The notes beneath the pieces were generated by a model. It was not told the origin of the DNA. It ran no database searches and was given only the letters and a program-made list of their open reading frames with translations. Below are positions 13,851-27,497 of a DNA stretch of 64,000 nt, one piece after another. Made by a program: the position numbers and the translations under genes. The stretch's first letter is position 1. Every line of letters begins with the position of its first letter. Origin of the DNA: the human T2T-CHM13v2.0 reference genome, Homo sapiens; the NCBI RefSeq assembly GCF_009914755.1, contig NC_060927.1; one strand, given 5' to 3'.

Positions 13851-14451
13851 CACACACCTGGCAGAAGGAAGTAAATTCTAGTCCCCGTTTTCACTTACCC
13901 TCATATACAACGGGGCACTTTTTTATTTGCCAACTATTTCTTTGAAGATAATAAAAGAGTCAGAAAATGATAGTTTTTAAAAGCACCCTGCAGTCCACAT
14001 GGGAACCAACCACTACCTCTGGCCATGAGTTTACCCTTTGGGTTTCCATTTGTCATGGCCAAGGGCAGTGAGGGCTATGCCAGGGACCCTCAGTGTGTTT
14101 GGCCCTACCCAATCACCATCTCAGGTCTACCCCTTGTGCATTCCACCTTGCGGGGCTCAGTCCACCACTCAGAAGGATGCATTCTGCACACTCCTTGCCT
14201 GAAAGAACTCCTGAAAGGCACTGACCAGGCTCTGGAAGGCTATATTCTTTTCATTCTTTATAAAAGTTATGTGATTACCAAGCTCAATAATCAAATGTCC
14301 TTCATCGCTAAAAGATTATATGGCTTTGGTTTGGATGCTTTGGGAACAAGGAGGCAATACGCAATGGCTTGGTTTACTCATGTTACAGAAACTGTAGCAG
14401 TTATTTGGTAATGCTTTCAACAGTGCCTTCAGCTTGTGGGAAATCCCGAAG

Positions 14452-14520
14452 ATGGCCAAAGACAACTCAACTGTTCGTTGCTTCCAGGGCCTGCTGATTT
14501 TTGGAAATGTGATTATTGGT
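14452..14520 (+). CDS. UPK1B: Uroplakin 1B, exon 2 (first coding exon, aa 1-23; exon starts at 14424)
   Basis: Acceptor caacAG|14424; ATG at 14452; translates MAKDNSTVRCFQGLLIFGNVIIG; donor GGT|GTAAGT. Confidence 0.97.
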
Positions 14521-15484
14521 GTAAGTAATGATTATTTTCCAGGAAATTCTGCACTTCCTGTAATCATAATTCTAGATGAATCAAAAGTAAGAGTTTAAAG
14601 GAAAATAATGCTGTGATTACTGGCTTCCTATATTTTTGCTTCATTTTAAGAAATGTGTTAGTAAATATGCTAGCTAGAATTTAACTGTATGTCAAAAGAT
14701 CATGGTTGAAAAAGTAGATATTTTCCTCCCAACTTTAAAATATAAGTATCTAAAAGGAGTCATGTCAACCATAGTCAGTGTCTAAACACTCTGACTACGA
14801 ACACACTTCACTATTTCTTTTCTATGTCACCTTGGTTTGATTTCCATGGGACTCTGCTGTTAAGGTTTTTTGGGACAGATGCTTGCATCTTGTTCTTCTC
14901 ATACAGAGGCCAGTACCAGGGTGTAAGAATAATACAGAGGCCATACTGTGTGGGTCTGGTGGCATAGAAGAACATTTGTTTTGGAGTCCAGAGCTCTTGG
15001 CCCAGCTCTCCCTCTGACTCCCCATATGACTCTGGCCATCACCTTTCAAGGCTGAGATTCCTCATCTATAAAATGTGGGTGTTGGCAAAGATAAGCAGCA
15101 AGGTTCCTCTCAGCTGTCATTGATAAATATGACCAGGACCAGCTCAAATATTACAACCCAGAAATGTGGGTCATGACATGGGGGCAGGGGGAGATCATTC
15201 TCATACCAGAAAGCATTGTTTGAGTGATTCATGCCCCAAGGACATTGTGGATGGTCTGAAATTGTGTGGGTCTGTTACTAAATAGACAGAATAACATGTG
15301 AAGGGATGTATGCAACCAGTTAGTAGGATGGAAGTAGTTGTTTGATTTCCTGGCAATGGGGAGTTTAGATTAGTTGCATAAAGCCTGTGCAGGAAAGGGA
15401 GCCAGTCACTCTTACCTTCCCCACCCTCCACCCCCTTTCCCAAAGCTGCACTCCTGATGGAGCCCACCTTTCATTTGCCCCCAG

Positions 15485-15685
15485 TGTTGCGGCATTGCCC
15501 TGACTGCGGAGTGCATCTTCTTTGTATCTGACCAACACAGCCTCTACCCACTGCTTGAAGCCACCGACAACGATGACATCTATGGGGCTGCCTGGATCGG
15601 CATATTTGTGGGCATCTGCCTCTTCTGCCTGTCTGTTCTAGGCATTGTAGGCATCATGAAGTCCAGCAGGAAAATTCTTCTGGCG
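15485..15685 (+). CDS. UPK1B: Uroplakin 1B, exon 3 (aa 24-90)
   Basis: ccAG|TGT; CCGIALTAECIFFVSDQHSLYPLLEATDNDDIYGAAWIGIFVGICLFCLSVLGIVGIMKSSRKILLA; donor GCG|GTAAGA; 201 nt. Confidence 0.97.
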
Positions 15686-17954
15686 GTAAGACCTCAAAAT
15701 TCTCTGGAGTTGTCTCCCTGAGCCAATTGTAATGGATTCTTTCTTCTTCACTGAGCAATGCTTTGGCTTTCAGTGGGGGAGCAGGAAGTACCAGATAAGG
15801 GGTGAGGAGGGGAAGACTTTCCCTGCAGTGAAATGGTCCACATGGAGGCAAAGATGCCCTCCACTATTGCAAGCCCAGAAGGCTCCAGTACAGAGAAGCC
15901 AAAGGGGAGACACCTGGGGGTGACCTAATGAGTATTTTCCATATTGTGCCTCTACAGCTGGTGTCTGCATACACCCAGTAGGTACAGCTAGGAGCTATAT
16001 AGGCCAAAGGAGAGACACAGTGAGAATTCATTCATTAGATTTTTTTCTCTTGGCAATAAGTTGTTTAAAACATTTTGATATTAATTAGGCATTAATATAT
16101 TAGGATATAAAATATAAAATATGCATACATTTTTAAAAGAAAGTATAAGCTTTCAAAGATTTTTGAGCTCAAGGTTGATGATTCTGTATCATAGCCTATA
16201 CTCCCCACATTATCATCCAATCTGCTTTTCAGGGACCCCAGAAAACCTTGATAAGCACCACTGTAGAGTGAGCCTTCAGCTCACACCTGCCTGTGGGGGC
16301 TTTAACTCTGTACATCAAGGAGAGGCTTCTGCCCCAAACCATAGACAGCAAGACCATGCCCTGCCTTTGCAGATGAAAGCAAATTTGCAGGCAGCAGAGC
16401 TGAGAAACCTGTTTCAGACGTGGACCCCTACTGTCTGCCCTAATACTTAGGGCAGCAGTTTCACACTATTATGGAACACGCCTCGAATCCCCCACCCCTG
16501 AAATAACCCTTTTATTCAAATGCTGCAGGACCTCAGTTCCCCCTTTATAGAATGAGTCCAGCAATGTAAGGTGCTTGTTAGTTTACTCTTCCTTTTAACT
16601 AACCACTGTCCTGGTTCCAATGGATTACAGAACATTTACATTCTCTGGTTCCTTAGTGTGCGTAAGTTCCAGGGCAAAAGTACCCACTTTTGGTGGGTGG
16701 GGAAAGGAATACAGGAAAAAGGGAGAGGAGACACAGGTGTTCCTAAAGACAAATTCACTTGCATCCCAGCCTCACTTTGGGCCAGCCATGTGCATGCCTG
16801 ACAACCAGGAGAACTGAGCTGGGGAGGCAAAGGGGCTAAAGGAGGAAACACCTCACTGCATACCTCCTTTCTGGAGCGTCTTTACCAGGAGCCAGCAAAG
16901 CTCTTGGCAAGGAGCAAGGCAGCAGCTAACACAGGAAAAAAATGTTCTGGGGCCTCTGAAGGTGCTCCTGCTGTTGACTGTAGCCAGAGCTTTATTCTGG
17001 GCTGAGTAGTGAGGGCAACAGAGGGTCCTGCTCGGAGAGCCTCCCATACCCAAAGAGGAGGACAGTTTTCCCTGCCTACCCTGCTGACACTGACCACAGT
17101 GCCCCTTCTCCCAAGAGTGTGTGCAAGCCTGGGGAAGGCAAAGCTGGAACTCTTGCAAACAGTCCCCATCCCAGATTCAGAGGTCATTTGCTGTTCGGAT
17201 ATTTTCCAGCCAGAAATAGCATCACTGTCATGTGGAGGCATCATGTGCACACGCACCCATGTGCCCATGCTCACGCACACACACCACCACTACCACACAC
17301 AGCAAATGCCATTTCACTCAACTGAACCAATGTACTTTGAGTGTGGGTGCGTGTGAAAGAACACCCACAAATGCTGTGCACTTGGAGCCTGCCTCTCCTC
17401 TGATGAGACTGGATGCTTGTTAGGAAGGACCCTAGATGTTCAACATTATCCAGTTCATCTTTTTCTGAACTCCGTGATTCTAAATTTTCAGCAAATTGTA
17501 AAGAAAATTTCTCCAAAATTCCAAAATTAAAGGGGATTTATGAGGCCCTATACTGTATGTGATACACTAAGACTCTCTTGCCACTCACTGAGCATGCACA
17601 TGCATGTAAATGCACACATGTAAATGAGCATGTAAATGCTCACATGTGTGTGTGCACACATACACACCAGTTCATTCTCTTGTACTTGTTTTTCCCAGTT
17701 AAAATAGAAACTCAGGAAACTGGACTGAGGAAGGTCTGTATTCAATGGCTATTTGTTCTCTGGAGAAAAGGAGAGAATTGAGCTGACTAGCACCAAGCCT
17801 CAATCCAAGCCACTGGTCAATGAGGGTTTGTTGAATAACTACATGAGTGATTACATGATTATATGATAAATTTGCTGAAAAAACATAATTATTTGGGCAA
17901 GTCGCTCTTTGACGGGTAAATGTAATTCTTTTATCTCATTTATTTCCCTTCCAG

Positions 17955-18029
17955 TATTTCATTCTGATGTTTATAGTATATGCCTTTGAAGTGGCATCTT
18001 GTATCACAGCAGCAACACAACGAGACTTT
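17955..18029 (+). CDS. UPK1B: Uroplakin 1B, exon 4 (aa 91-115)
   Basis: ttccAG|TAT; YFILMFIVYAFEVASCITAATQRDF (TM3); donor TTT|GTGAGT; 75 nt. Confidence 0.97.
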
Positions 18030-18079
18030 GTGAGTACAACCTCAAAAAGCAAAATAATATGAATTATCATTATTATAAC

Positions 18080-18310
18080 AACCAACATGTATTAACCCCT
18101 TACTATGTGCCCAGGCAATCCAATATGCACAGTAATAATACATCTATCATTTTACTTAATCCTCATAAATCTATGAAATAGGCATTATCACTCTGGTCAT
18201 TTGAGAAAGGAAAAAAAATGAGACAGAAAGGTAAAATGACTTGTCTAAAGTGACATAGTTGGCAACTGAAAGAGCAAGAATTCTGAACCCAGATGGCCTG
18301 ACTCCCAGGG
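18080..18310 (-). mobile_element. MIR
   Basis: tactatgtgcccaggc...ttaatcctcataa...aaatgacttgtctaaagtgacatag. Confidence 0.65.
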
Positions 18311-18691
18311 CCCAAGTTTGTAATCCCCTGTGGGTTTCACCACTCTGCCATGGCCATGGGCCTTCCAATGGGAGGATCTCTGTTCTACCTCAGCTAAGAC
18401 TTGCTCTCAATTCTACATCTTTCTTTCTCTCCCATTCTCTGTTTTCCTAGCCTAAGCCACCCTACAGTATGTGTTCCCCTGGCCTCATAGTGATTTCTTT
18501 TAAGATGAGAGTCTCTTCTCTGCATGGGGACTTATGCCAACCTCAGCCAGCTGTACTTGGTGCCTCTGAGTACAGTTTTGCTCCAGGAGAGAATGTTCAG
18601 TGTCCCCAGGAAAAGACAGAGAAAAATATTTTCCTCTCCTTGAAAATTAGCGTGCTATCTCTCCCTCTTGTGTTGCCTCTTCCTACTATAG

Positions 18692-18814
18692 TTCACACCC
18701 AACCTCTTCCTGAAGCAGATGCTAGAGAGGTACCAAAACAACAGCCCTCCAAACAATGATGACCAGTGGAAAAACAATGGAGTCACCAAAACCTGGGACA
18801 GGCTCATGCTCCAG
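18692..18814 (+). CDS. UPK1B: Uroplakin 1B, exon 5 (aa 116-156)
   Basis: tatAG|TTC; FTPNLFLKQMLERYQNNSPPNNDDQWKNNGVTKTWDRLMLQ; donor CAG|GTAAGA; 123 nt. Confidence 0.97.
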
Positions 18815-19099
18815 GTAAGACCTGCGGTCTTGGGGAGATGCCATTTTTATTTACTGGTGGGAGTGGGTGTCATACACATGACTCAGTGGGACCCTATATT
18901 TTATTTCAAGCCATGATGATTAGCTTACATTTGTTGGAATGATTTTGTCAAGAAACTTAGGTTAATCATACACTCTCCCTCTTAGAACTCAGGTATCATT
19001 TACATTAAAAGAAAAATATTTTCTCTACCCCACAGTGAACTCGAGTGGTAATTACTGCCTGTTTCGCCTTTTGGGTACCTCTTCACAACTCCTGTGAGC

Positions 19100-20945
19100 T
19101 AGTCTTGCCAAGGACCAGGCCCTATATCTTGATTTGATCACCCAATTTTCTCCAACTGGCAATCATAGTTTATGTCCATGTTTATCTCCAATGCCATCAA
19201 AAGTCCAAGTCTTCCAGAATATCCATCATCACCCCCACATTGCCCTCTGTATGCAAATTGTTATCCTCTACATAACTACCAATCTGACCTAGCTTTCTTA
19301 CTGGCCCCTGCTCCTACTCCACACCCCACCACCAACTTTTTACAGTCTGTCATCAGCAAACTCCCTTATAGCCACCACTCCTTCTATGAACTCTTTACTA
19401 TCTTTTTCTTCCTTCATTGGAAATTTGGCTATCTCCTGGGAGTGCTACCTGCCCTTCATTTTCCTCCCATATCCATGTACCATAGGACCTGGAAATTGGC
19501 TAGGTGTCCTTCTTGCTCCCCTTGGCTGCCATACTATTTGCTTCCTTGATCTACATCACCCCTTATCCCTCCTTGCCATTACTTACCAGCCTCCCTACCC
19601 TCAGTCGTTCTCCTGCCTTCATTAGGGATTTCAATATCTCACTTAACTATCTACCTCTTCAGTCATACTCCTGATATCCCACCTAGAAACTTCAGCAGCC
19701 ACATGGATGACTCAGCAACATTTAGTCTCACAATTCCTTGTCCTACCCCATTCCAAAGATTTTGTCTTTCTCCCCACCTCCACCCTCTTCCATGACCATA
19801 GTCAGCATGCCATCACCAGTAACTGTGCCACTAAGAACATTCCATTCTCTGACCATTAATTTCTATCATTTCTTTCATTTATTCTAATATCTCAATTCTA
19901 ATAATTTTATTCCATTAGGACCTCCAATTAATTGACCACTTTTTAACTTTTATCACCCCTTTCATGTTTTCTCTTTCCTCTTTGCCTAACCCATATTCAG
20001 GTCCAGCCCCATAGCCAGTCCTTCCCTACCCTTCTCTGTGGGTCACTCTTTCCTAACCAAGCCCACCGAGTAGAATATAGCTTTTTGCTCACTCTTCGTT
20101 TATACTCTAAGAGCTAAACATTGCTGAGAAAAGTCACACAACCATGATCATTTCAATTTAAACTTGTGACCACAGAGCTCAAATGGGCACACAATATTTC
20201 CTAGTATATTTTCCCAGAAAATTCACTTGTCACTATTTCACATGTTCTTCCTTCATGCCTGCCACACCTCTTCTCACCCTCCCTCTCAGTTGATGACCCG
20301 ACCTCATATGTTTTTAAGAATATAGAAGAAATTAGACAAGAACCACCTCATCTTTCTACCACCAAATCTACATTGATATACACCTGTGCACTTTGCCTTC
20401 TCTCTTGTTATGTCACACAGGCTGTCCTTTGTCCAGCTCTTTTGATTCTGTTCTGCATTCCATCTCCTTTGCCCCAACAGTCTTCCCTGCTCTGATCTGC
20501 CTCATCAGTTTCTCCCTTTCAACAGCCTACATGGACACCTTAAATTGTCTATCTTATAAAAAGACTCCCTTGTCCAACATTCACCCACTATTCTGTCCTA
20601 CTACTGTTTTGTTTTATTCCACAGCAAATCTCAGAAGAGATGCCTACACTTGTGGTCCCCATTTTCATCCCTCTCATCTGCTTTCATCCAACTACAATTG
20701 GCCTCTGGCCTCACCACTCAACAAAAACAACCCTGGCCATAATTACCAATTACCTCCATCCTGCCAAATCCAATAGCCAAGTCTCTGTCCTCATCTTCTT
20801 TGACATCTTATCAGCATTTGTCTCACTGACTACTCCCGCTTAGTCTCCTCTGCTGGGTTGTCACTCTTTACCCAAATCTGAAGCTTGGAGTGCTACAAAG
20901 CTCAATTTTGGACCCTTAAATCTTCTCTGTGCCCACTAAATCCTA
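19100..20945. mobile_element. L2 LINE fossil (long, degraded)
   Basis: Pyrimidine-rich diverged tract with L2-like motifs (ccaaatccaatagccaagtctctgtcctcatcttctttgacatcttatcagcattt). Boundaries approximate. Confidence 0.6.
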
Positions 20946-21404
20946 GTTTGAAATAAGCCTGGCTTAGACTTAACCATTTTTCCCAGAATGCAGAATAATT
21001 ATTTTTCTTGGTTAGATATTTCCCATAACATAGTGACAAAATTGTATATCCTTTAAAGATGGTTGATTTATCATCAAGTTTACTTGAATACATTCATTCT
21101 AAAACTTCCAAGATACCCATGGTTTTAACTTCCTCCCTTTTGAAGGATTTTAGGAGAATTGATAACAAAGAAGGAAAGCTATATGAATTGTGTTTTGTCC
21201 TCTATTCTCAATTCTATCCAGAGTGTAAGGGATGTATTAATTGGTCTCCCTCCCCTATGTGGAGACATAGCTCTGTGTCACCAGGTTATTTTTTTCACTT
21301 TATTTTCTCCCATTATAAAAATAATACCTAATTACTCTAAAAAATGTTTAAATGTATAGAAAAGCAAAACAAGAACAATTACTCATAACTTCACCACTAA
21401 AATT

Positions 21405-21477
21405 TTTAATTTTATGATTCTCAATTTGCTTTGATATAATCTTTAATTTTATGATTCTCAATTTGCTCTGATATATC
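21405..21477 (+). repeat. 37-bp tandem duplication
   Basis: tttaattttatgattctcaatttgct(t/c)tgatata present twice, starting at 21405 and 21442. Confidence 0.9.
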
Positions 21478-21931
21478 AGAATAATTATTCCTCTCTCACA
21501 TTGTTATATCAATATATTAGTACAGTATCAATCATAATTAACATTTATTAAGAGTTTACCATAAGCCAGGCACTGTATTGAGCACATTAAGTATATTAAC
21601 TCATTTAATCCTTAAAAAAACTCTATGAGATAGGTACTATATTCCAATTTTACAGTTAAGGAAACTGAGGCTTAGACAGTTTAAGTAACATGTCAATGGC
21701 TACAGGGTTCACTAATGACTAGTAAAGTAGGAAGTGTAAAAATTCTTTTACAAACTGTAAAATGTAAGTTGTAAGTTATCAATACCTTCAGCTGTCATTT
21801 GGGGATTTCTTAGTAAATGTAAGATACGGTACACTTTCCGTATCTTCTTTCTCTATAAAATTTCAGTTGCTACATTGATGGCTCTAGTAGGGACCACGAA
21901 AGAGAATTTTGTATCTCTCATCTGCTGACAG

Positions 21932-22111
21932 GACAATTGCTGTGGCGTAAATGGTCCATCAGACTGGCAAAAATACACATCTGCCTTCCGGACTGAGAAT
22001 AATGATGCTGACTATCCCTGGCCTCGTCAATGCTGTGTTATGAACAATCTTAAAGAACCTCTCAACCTGGAGGCTTGTAAACTAGGCGTGCCTGGTTTTT
22101 ATCACAATCAG
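21932..22111 (+). CDS. UPK1B: Uroplakin 1B, exon 6 (aa 157-216, large extracellular loop with CCG motif)
   Basis: gacAG|GAC; DNCCGVNGPSDWQKYTSAFRTENNDADYPWPRQCCVMNNLKEPLNLEACKLGVPGFYHNQ; tetraspanin CCG and PxxCC motifs; donor CAG|GTGAGT; 180 nt. Confidence 0.98.
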
Positions 22112-23666
22112 GTGAGTCCTCTCTCCTCCCAAGACTTCCCAGGAGGTTCTGCTGCTCTTTATGAGAAAAATATTGGTCAACTGTAGGAAATAGTCTTTCA
22201 GTGAGGAATTCTACATTCTTTTCCCTAAACCTCATGTTAACTATTTCCTTCTCTGTTAATAAACTGCAAATGCTAAACCAGGACTGATAGGGGCAAATTT
22301 ACATTTTAATAAAATTAACAAAACATGAGAATTGCAATAGCAGAACCCAACTTTGTTTAAATGAAGACAATTTGCACAATGTATGGAATTGGTATGTCAA
22401 GAAATATTTACATTAAACAAAGTTTTGCTCTAGTTTTGCAAAATGTAAATTGGAAGGGATGATGTGCAAAAAGAATGTTTTGCCAATTCCAAAGCAATGA
22501 CTATTGCTGAGGATAAATGTAGTAATTACACATCCACATTCCTTATTCAATGGTAAAGTAGGACAGTCTTAATAAACATTAGGTTGGTGATTTGGATGGA
22601 AGGTAGTTTACATACAGATAGTTTTTGAAAAAGTTTCCAGGCTGATGAGGATAATGTGATTACGATCATGAAAACTAACATTTATTGTATACTTACTAAA
22701 TGCCAAACACTGTTTCCAGTGCCACACATACACTATCTCCTTTAATGCTCAGTAGTAGGTGCCAGTAGGATCCCTGTTTTACAAACGAAGAACTTAGACG
22801 TAGAGATACTAATAAATACCTTGCTGAGGTCACACAACTAGTAAATGTCCGTCTTTTCAAAAAACTCTCTGGCTTTTGAAACATGAGTTTTCTGCCTTCA
22901 AGCACAGACTCTAAGCCAGTGAAGACTTGTTAATATTCCCCAAAAGCCCTGATGAGAACCTCCAGGTACTTGTAGTCAGCATCTGCTGACCCTGTACACT
23001 GAAACGCTGTGCTCTGCTCAGGGAGTTACCTCTTTAAGGAAAGCTAGTTGTGTACCAGCTCATTAAATAATTGAGAAATGTCAGGCTGTTTTGTTTGGGA
23101 GCAGTACAAACTGCATGTTCAGATTGAGGGACATGGCACTGTTGCTGACAGGGTGCCTGGACTAGAACTGGATGCATTATTCCAGAAAAGGGCATGGGAG
23201 TGTTCTAGATTATTTTGCAGCAGTGTCCAAAGCAACCCTCATTGAGCTTTACTGCAACATTGTCTGGCATTGTTTTAATCAATTATATTCAGACTGTTAT
23301 TAAAAATTAAATTTGCTGCTTATAATCAAGGTGTACAATATAATTATTCTCAGGACTATAAAAGGCTTTTGATATTTCAACACTGGAACTGCTCATGCAA
23401 ACAAATCTTGATTGGATTGTAATTGTGTACAAACTGTATTACCTCTTTGAAAGGGATAAAAATAGGACATTTGTCTTCAGATAACCAGTTTATTTCATAG
23501 TTATACCTTTTTTCCTAGCACATATAATATTTTAGTTATGAGGACAAACCTGAAGCTTTTCTCAAGTTTAGATAGATGAGAAATTGAGGAAAAGATACAA
23601 ATGAACTATTTTCCTCTACCTTGGGACCTCCACACCCATTTTGACAATGCTTCTAACACGTTCCCT

Positions 23667-23762
23667 TACAGTTCCCTGGCCTCATCTGTTCTAACAATTC
23701 CACCTCCACTACCCTACAGTTCCCTGGCTTTATCTGTTCTAACAACTCCACCTCCACTACCT
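23667..23762 (+). repeat. 48-bp tandem duplication
   Basis: tacagttccctggc..atctgttctaacaa.tccacctccactacc present twice, starting at 23667 and 23715. Confidence 0.9.
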
Positions 23763-24225
23763 ACCAACTACAAATTCATCATCACTCAGCCCTACTCCTC
23801 CACCAAATTCCTGAATTCTGAAATTCCTCTCTCTGTTCCTGACTTCCTGTGCTCCTTGTTTCTCAACCTCACTCATTCTGCTCCTTTGACATAATCTCTT
23901 ATCTATTAGTCCTTTCTGATTCTCCCTAGCCCAGCCTCCCAGATTCCCACACACCACCATTCTCCCTGACTCATAGGTCTTGCTAAGTCCCCTCTTGCCA
24001 TCCTTTTCCACCAAGAAAAAGGTGCTACCCCAAGACCTGGTATACTTTATTTCTATTATTGCATTCACTACCTGGAACTATATTTGTTCCCAAGTCTATT
24101 TTTTCTGAGTCTCCTTGAGGACTATGTATTATTTGATTCTACAGATTTGATATTTTTAGTACTTAGCATAATGCCTGGCACAAAGCAAGCACCGACGTTT
24201 GATAGATGGGTGAATAAAGAAGTGA

Positions 24226-24550
<325 letters not shown>

Positions 24551-24552
24551 GG

Positions 24553-24763
24553 TTTTTGTTTTGTTTTGTTTGAGAGACAGGGTCTCACTCTGTCACCCAA
24601 GCTGGAGTGCCATGCTGCAATCACAGCTTATTGCAGCCTCAAGCTCCTGGGCTCGAGTGATCCTCCTTTCCACCTCAGCCTCCCAACTAACTACAGGCAT
24701 GTACCACCAGGCCTGGCTAATTTTATTTTTTGTAGAGATGAGGTCTCACTGTGTTGCCCAGGC
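24553..24763 (-). mobile_element. Alu, AluJ-like, truncated
   Basis: Diverged Alu with (TTTTG)n tail adjacent to the previous Alu. Confidence 0.85.
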
Positions 24764-26768
24764 TTCACTTTTTGACAACCATATTGTAGGTTTTCAGGAT
24801 CTACAATGCACAAATGTGCTGCTATAGCTGTGAAGACTAACAAAATTAGGGAAGTCACTATAAGCTTGTTAATAGTAGAAATTAACTAGAATTTCACACA
24901 GCATGTCAGATGCAAATATATATATATTCTATGTTATGGTTTATGTGACTCAGAAATGCTATGTGCAAATTGTGATCACTATACCTCAAAAATGTTATAA
25001 TAAAATGAAGGAAGATCAAGTAAAGTACCACTAAATTGACTAGCATCACGAAAAGGCACTAAATGATGGTGAAAAAAATGGGGCTTCTGTCTGTGAGCTT
25101 CATGAAGGCAAGGCCCATTTCTGTTTGCCACAGCTAAATGCCCAGCCAGTACTTGGCACCTGGCATAAGTGGGCCCTTATATATATATTATTAGATGAAC
25201 GACCACCTCCCAGGATTGTTGGGAGGACCAAGGAGTAGCAGATATGGGAGTGTTTTGTGAACCATCAAGTGTGTTGCAAATTATACTATTGTAAACATTA
25301 ATGTTCCATTCATTCTGTAAATGTTTATTACGTGTCTACTATGTGCCAAGCACTTGTTCTAGGTTCTAGAAATTCAACAGTGAACAACATAAAATCCCTG
25401 CCCTCATGGAGCTTGCATTCTAGCATGGGAGACAGAAAATAAACATGTTACCAAACAAATACATGATAAAATTCCAGGCCCAAAAAGGCCATGAGCAGAA
25501 ATAAGGCAGGGTGAGTATATAGAGTAGGATGGAGAAAGGGTCTTTTTCTCTGTCACTGTCAGGAAAGGCTTTGTTGAGATGATATTTGCAGAGGTTTGAA
25601 TTAAGTGAGAAAATGAGACACCGGAAGATTGGGGAGGAAAGTTCTACAAGAAAGGAGTTGTGAGTGCAAAGGCCCTTAAGTGGGAGCAGGCCCAGCTTTT
25701 TGAAGGAGCATAAAGGAGATCAGTATGACAAAGTCAGAATGAGTGAAGGATGAGTAGATGACAAGGATGGAGCTAGATTTTTTGTGGCTGGAGTCCCCCA
25801 CCCCCACCCTCACACACAAATTATAGGGAAGGATCCTTCTTAGGAAAAACAATAAAAATATGCATACAAAATTAGGCACAGGGCCTTGAAAGGGTCTTGC
25901 AAGTAAGGGGCCCTGAAGCTTAAGCTCATTCGCTTTATAGAGAAACCTCCTCTGGTAGTGGAAGATGGGGTGAGAGGCAGAGCCGCATGGTCCATGGAAC
26001 CAGCCCTGGTTATTGCATTTCCTAGGCATTCCCTTTGGTTCCCAGAGCTTTGGTAGAGGCTGCTCAGATGGCAGCTCTAGCCTTACATGCGTGTATCACT
26101 CCAGAACTTTGCACAGTGACTAGGATAGAGTGCGCCATGTATAAATACTTACTGGATTGTGGCATGCATGAATGGATGATTTGGTGAATAAAAAAATTAT
26201 TCCTTTGCATGCTCACTGTGACCCTTCAAGGTCTCACTAGAATCCAGTAAAGATATGTTGAAATATAACATCAAATGAGAATTCAGGGAGCATAATGCAG
26301 GAGTTCCTTTAATGATTATTAAAAATGGCAACAGGGGACCTCTGGTTTTCATGGACAGAAGCATTTTTATTCAAAAATAAACAAATCAAAAAGTAACTGC
26401 CTCCAAATAAATCACCAACGAAGCCTTTGGGGAGGGAAAAATTCTAATTGAATTAAGATTTTTGAATTTATTGTCCACATATTCAGTATAGAAAGAGGGT
26501 TATGCTAAAATAGCAGTACTTTTTAGTGAGATTAAGTGATAAAGACACAAATAAATGTGTTGTGGAATCATTGTTCAACAGTATTGTTTATGTTCCCTTA
26601 GTAAAGCACTATTAGTAGCTGGCTGTCCTCAGAGATGTGGAAATAGCCTGGATATGTGAAATCAGAATTTTGAGTAGCATTGATTCCAATAGGAACCTGC
26701 TTTCCCATCAATCTCTTCTCTGCTTTCTGGTTCTTCTCACACTAATGTGGAATTGCCCACTCCTTCAG

Positions 26769-26852
26769 GGCTGCTATGAACTGATCTCTGGTCCAATGAA
26801 CCGACACGCCTGGGGGGTTGCCTGGTTTGGATTTGCCATTCTCTGCTGGACT
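26769..26852 (+). CDS. UPK1B: Uroplakin 1B, exon 7 (aa 217-244)
   Basis: cttcAG|GGC; GCYELISGPMNRHAWGVAWFGFAILCWT; donor ACT|GTGAGT; 84 nt. Confidence 0.97.
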
Positions 26853-27331
26853 GTGAGTATTTCCCAGCACATATTTTATCTGAGAGGATGATCATACGGA
26901 GAGACCTTGAGAGTGCCACTGGTTACCTCAACCACACTAGAAAGTCTAGAAACAAAACCTCAGGCCTGAAGGCTAGTCAGGAAACTTCTGGCACCGGAAG
27001 AAGGACAGTGGGTTCTCTTGAGAGGCAAGGAGTTAACTTCCCCTACCAGGGAAAGGCTGTGCCCTGCCAACCAGCTCCTTCTTCCGGCTGATGGGCAGCT
27101 GCCTTTAGAGGGCTGGAGAGCCTCTTTCCCTTGCCAGAGTTCTTAGTGAACTGCTCCTCCTGGTCTCCAGATCTCATTAATTCATTTCATCCACATATCA
27201 AAGACTGTCACCTATCTAGATGGCCCCTGCCTGATACTAATATGCCCAGATCCTTCTAAAGAGCTGCCTCTGGCAGATTCATCCTTTCCTACTGCCCACT
27301 TTATCTGACGCATATGCAGCAAGAGGTTGGA

Positions 27332-27497
27332 GCGGTGGTTCTCAGCCCTGGCTACACATTAAAACGCCATGGGGAAACTTTTTTTAAAAATTGCTTGGAT
27401 CCCAACCTCTGAGACTTCGATTTAGTTGACCTGGGGATTGAGCCAAGGCACTTTTATTTCCCCCAGATGATCTGCTGTCAGGGTTGACAACCATTGC
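27332..27497. mobile_element. MER5-like hAT-Charlie MITE
   Basis: gcggtggttctcagccctggctacacatt...gggttgacaaccattg, MER5A-like terminal inverted repeats. Confidence 0.6.

Noticed and set aside
17240-17670. CA/TG-rich patches as a structured RNA gene
   Set aside because: Degenerate dinucleotide low-complexity sequence with no tRNA, snoRNA or miRNA hallmarks that I could support.
26637-26891. 84-aa ORF spanning UPK1B exon 7 (similarly 18719-18916, 40256-40471, 54289-54750 and 57511-57795)
   Set aside because: These are real exons with in-frame run-on into flanking introns; the true boundaries are set by splice sites.
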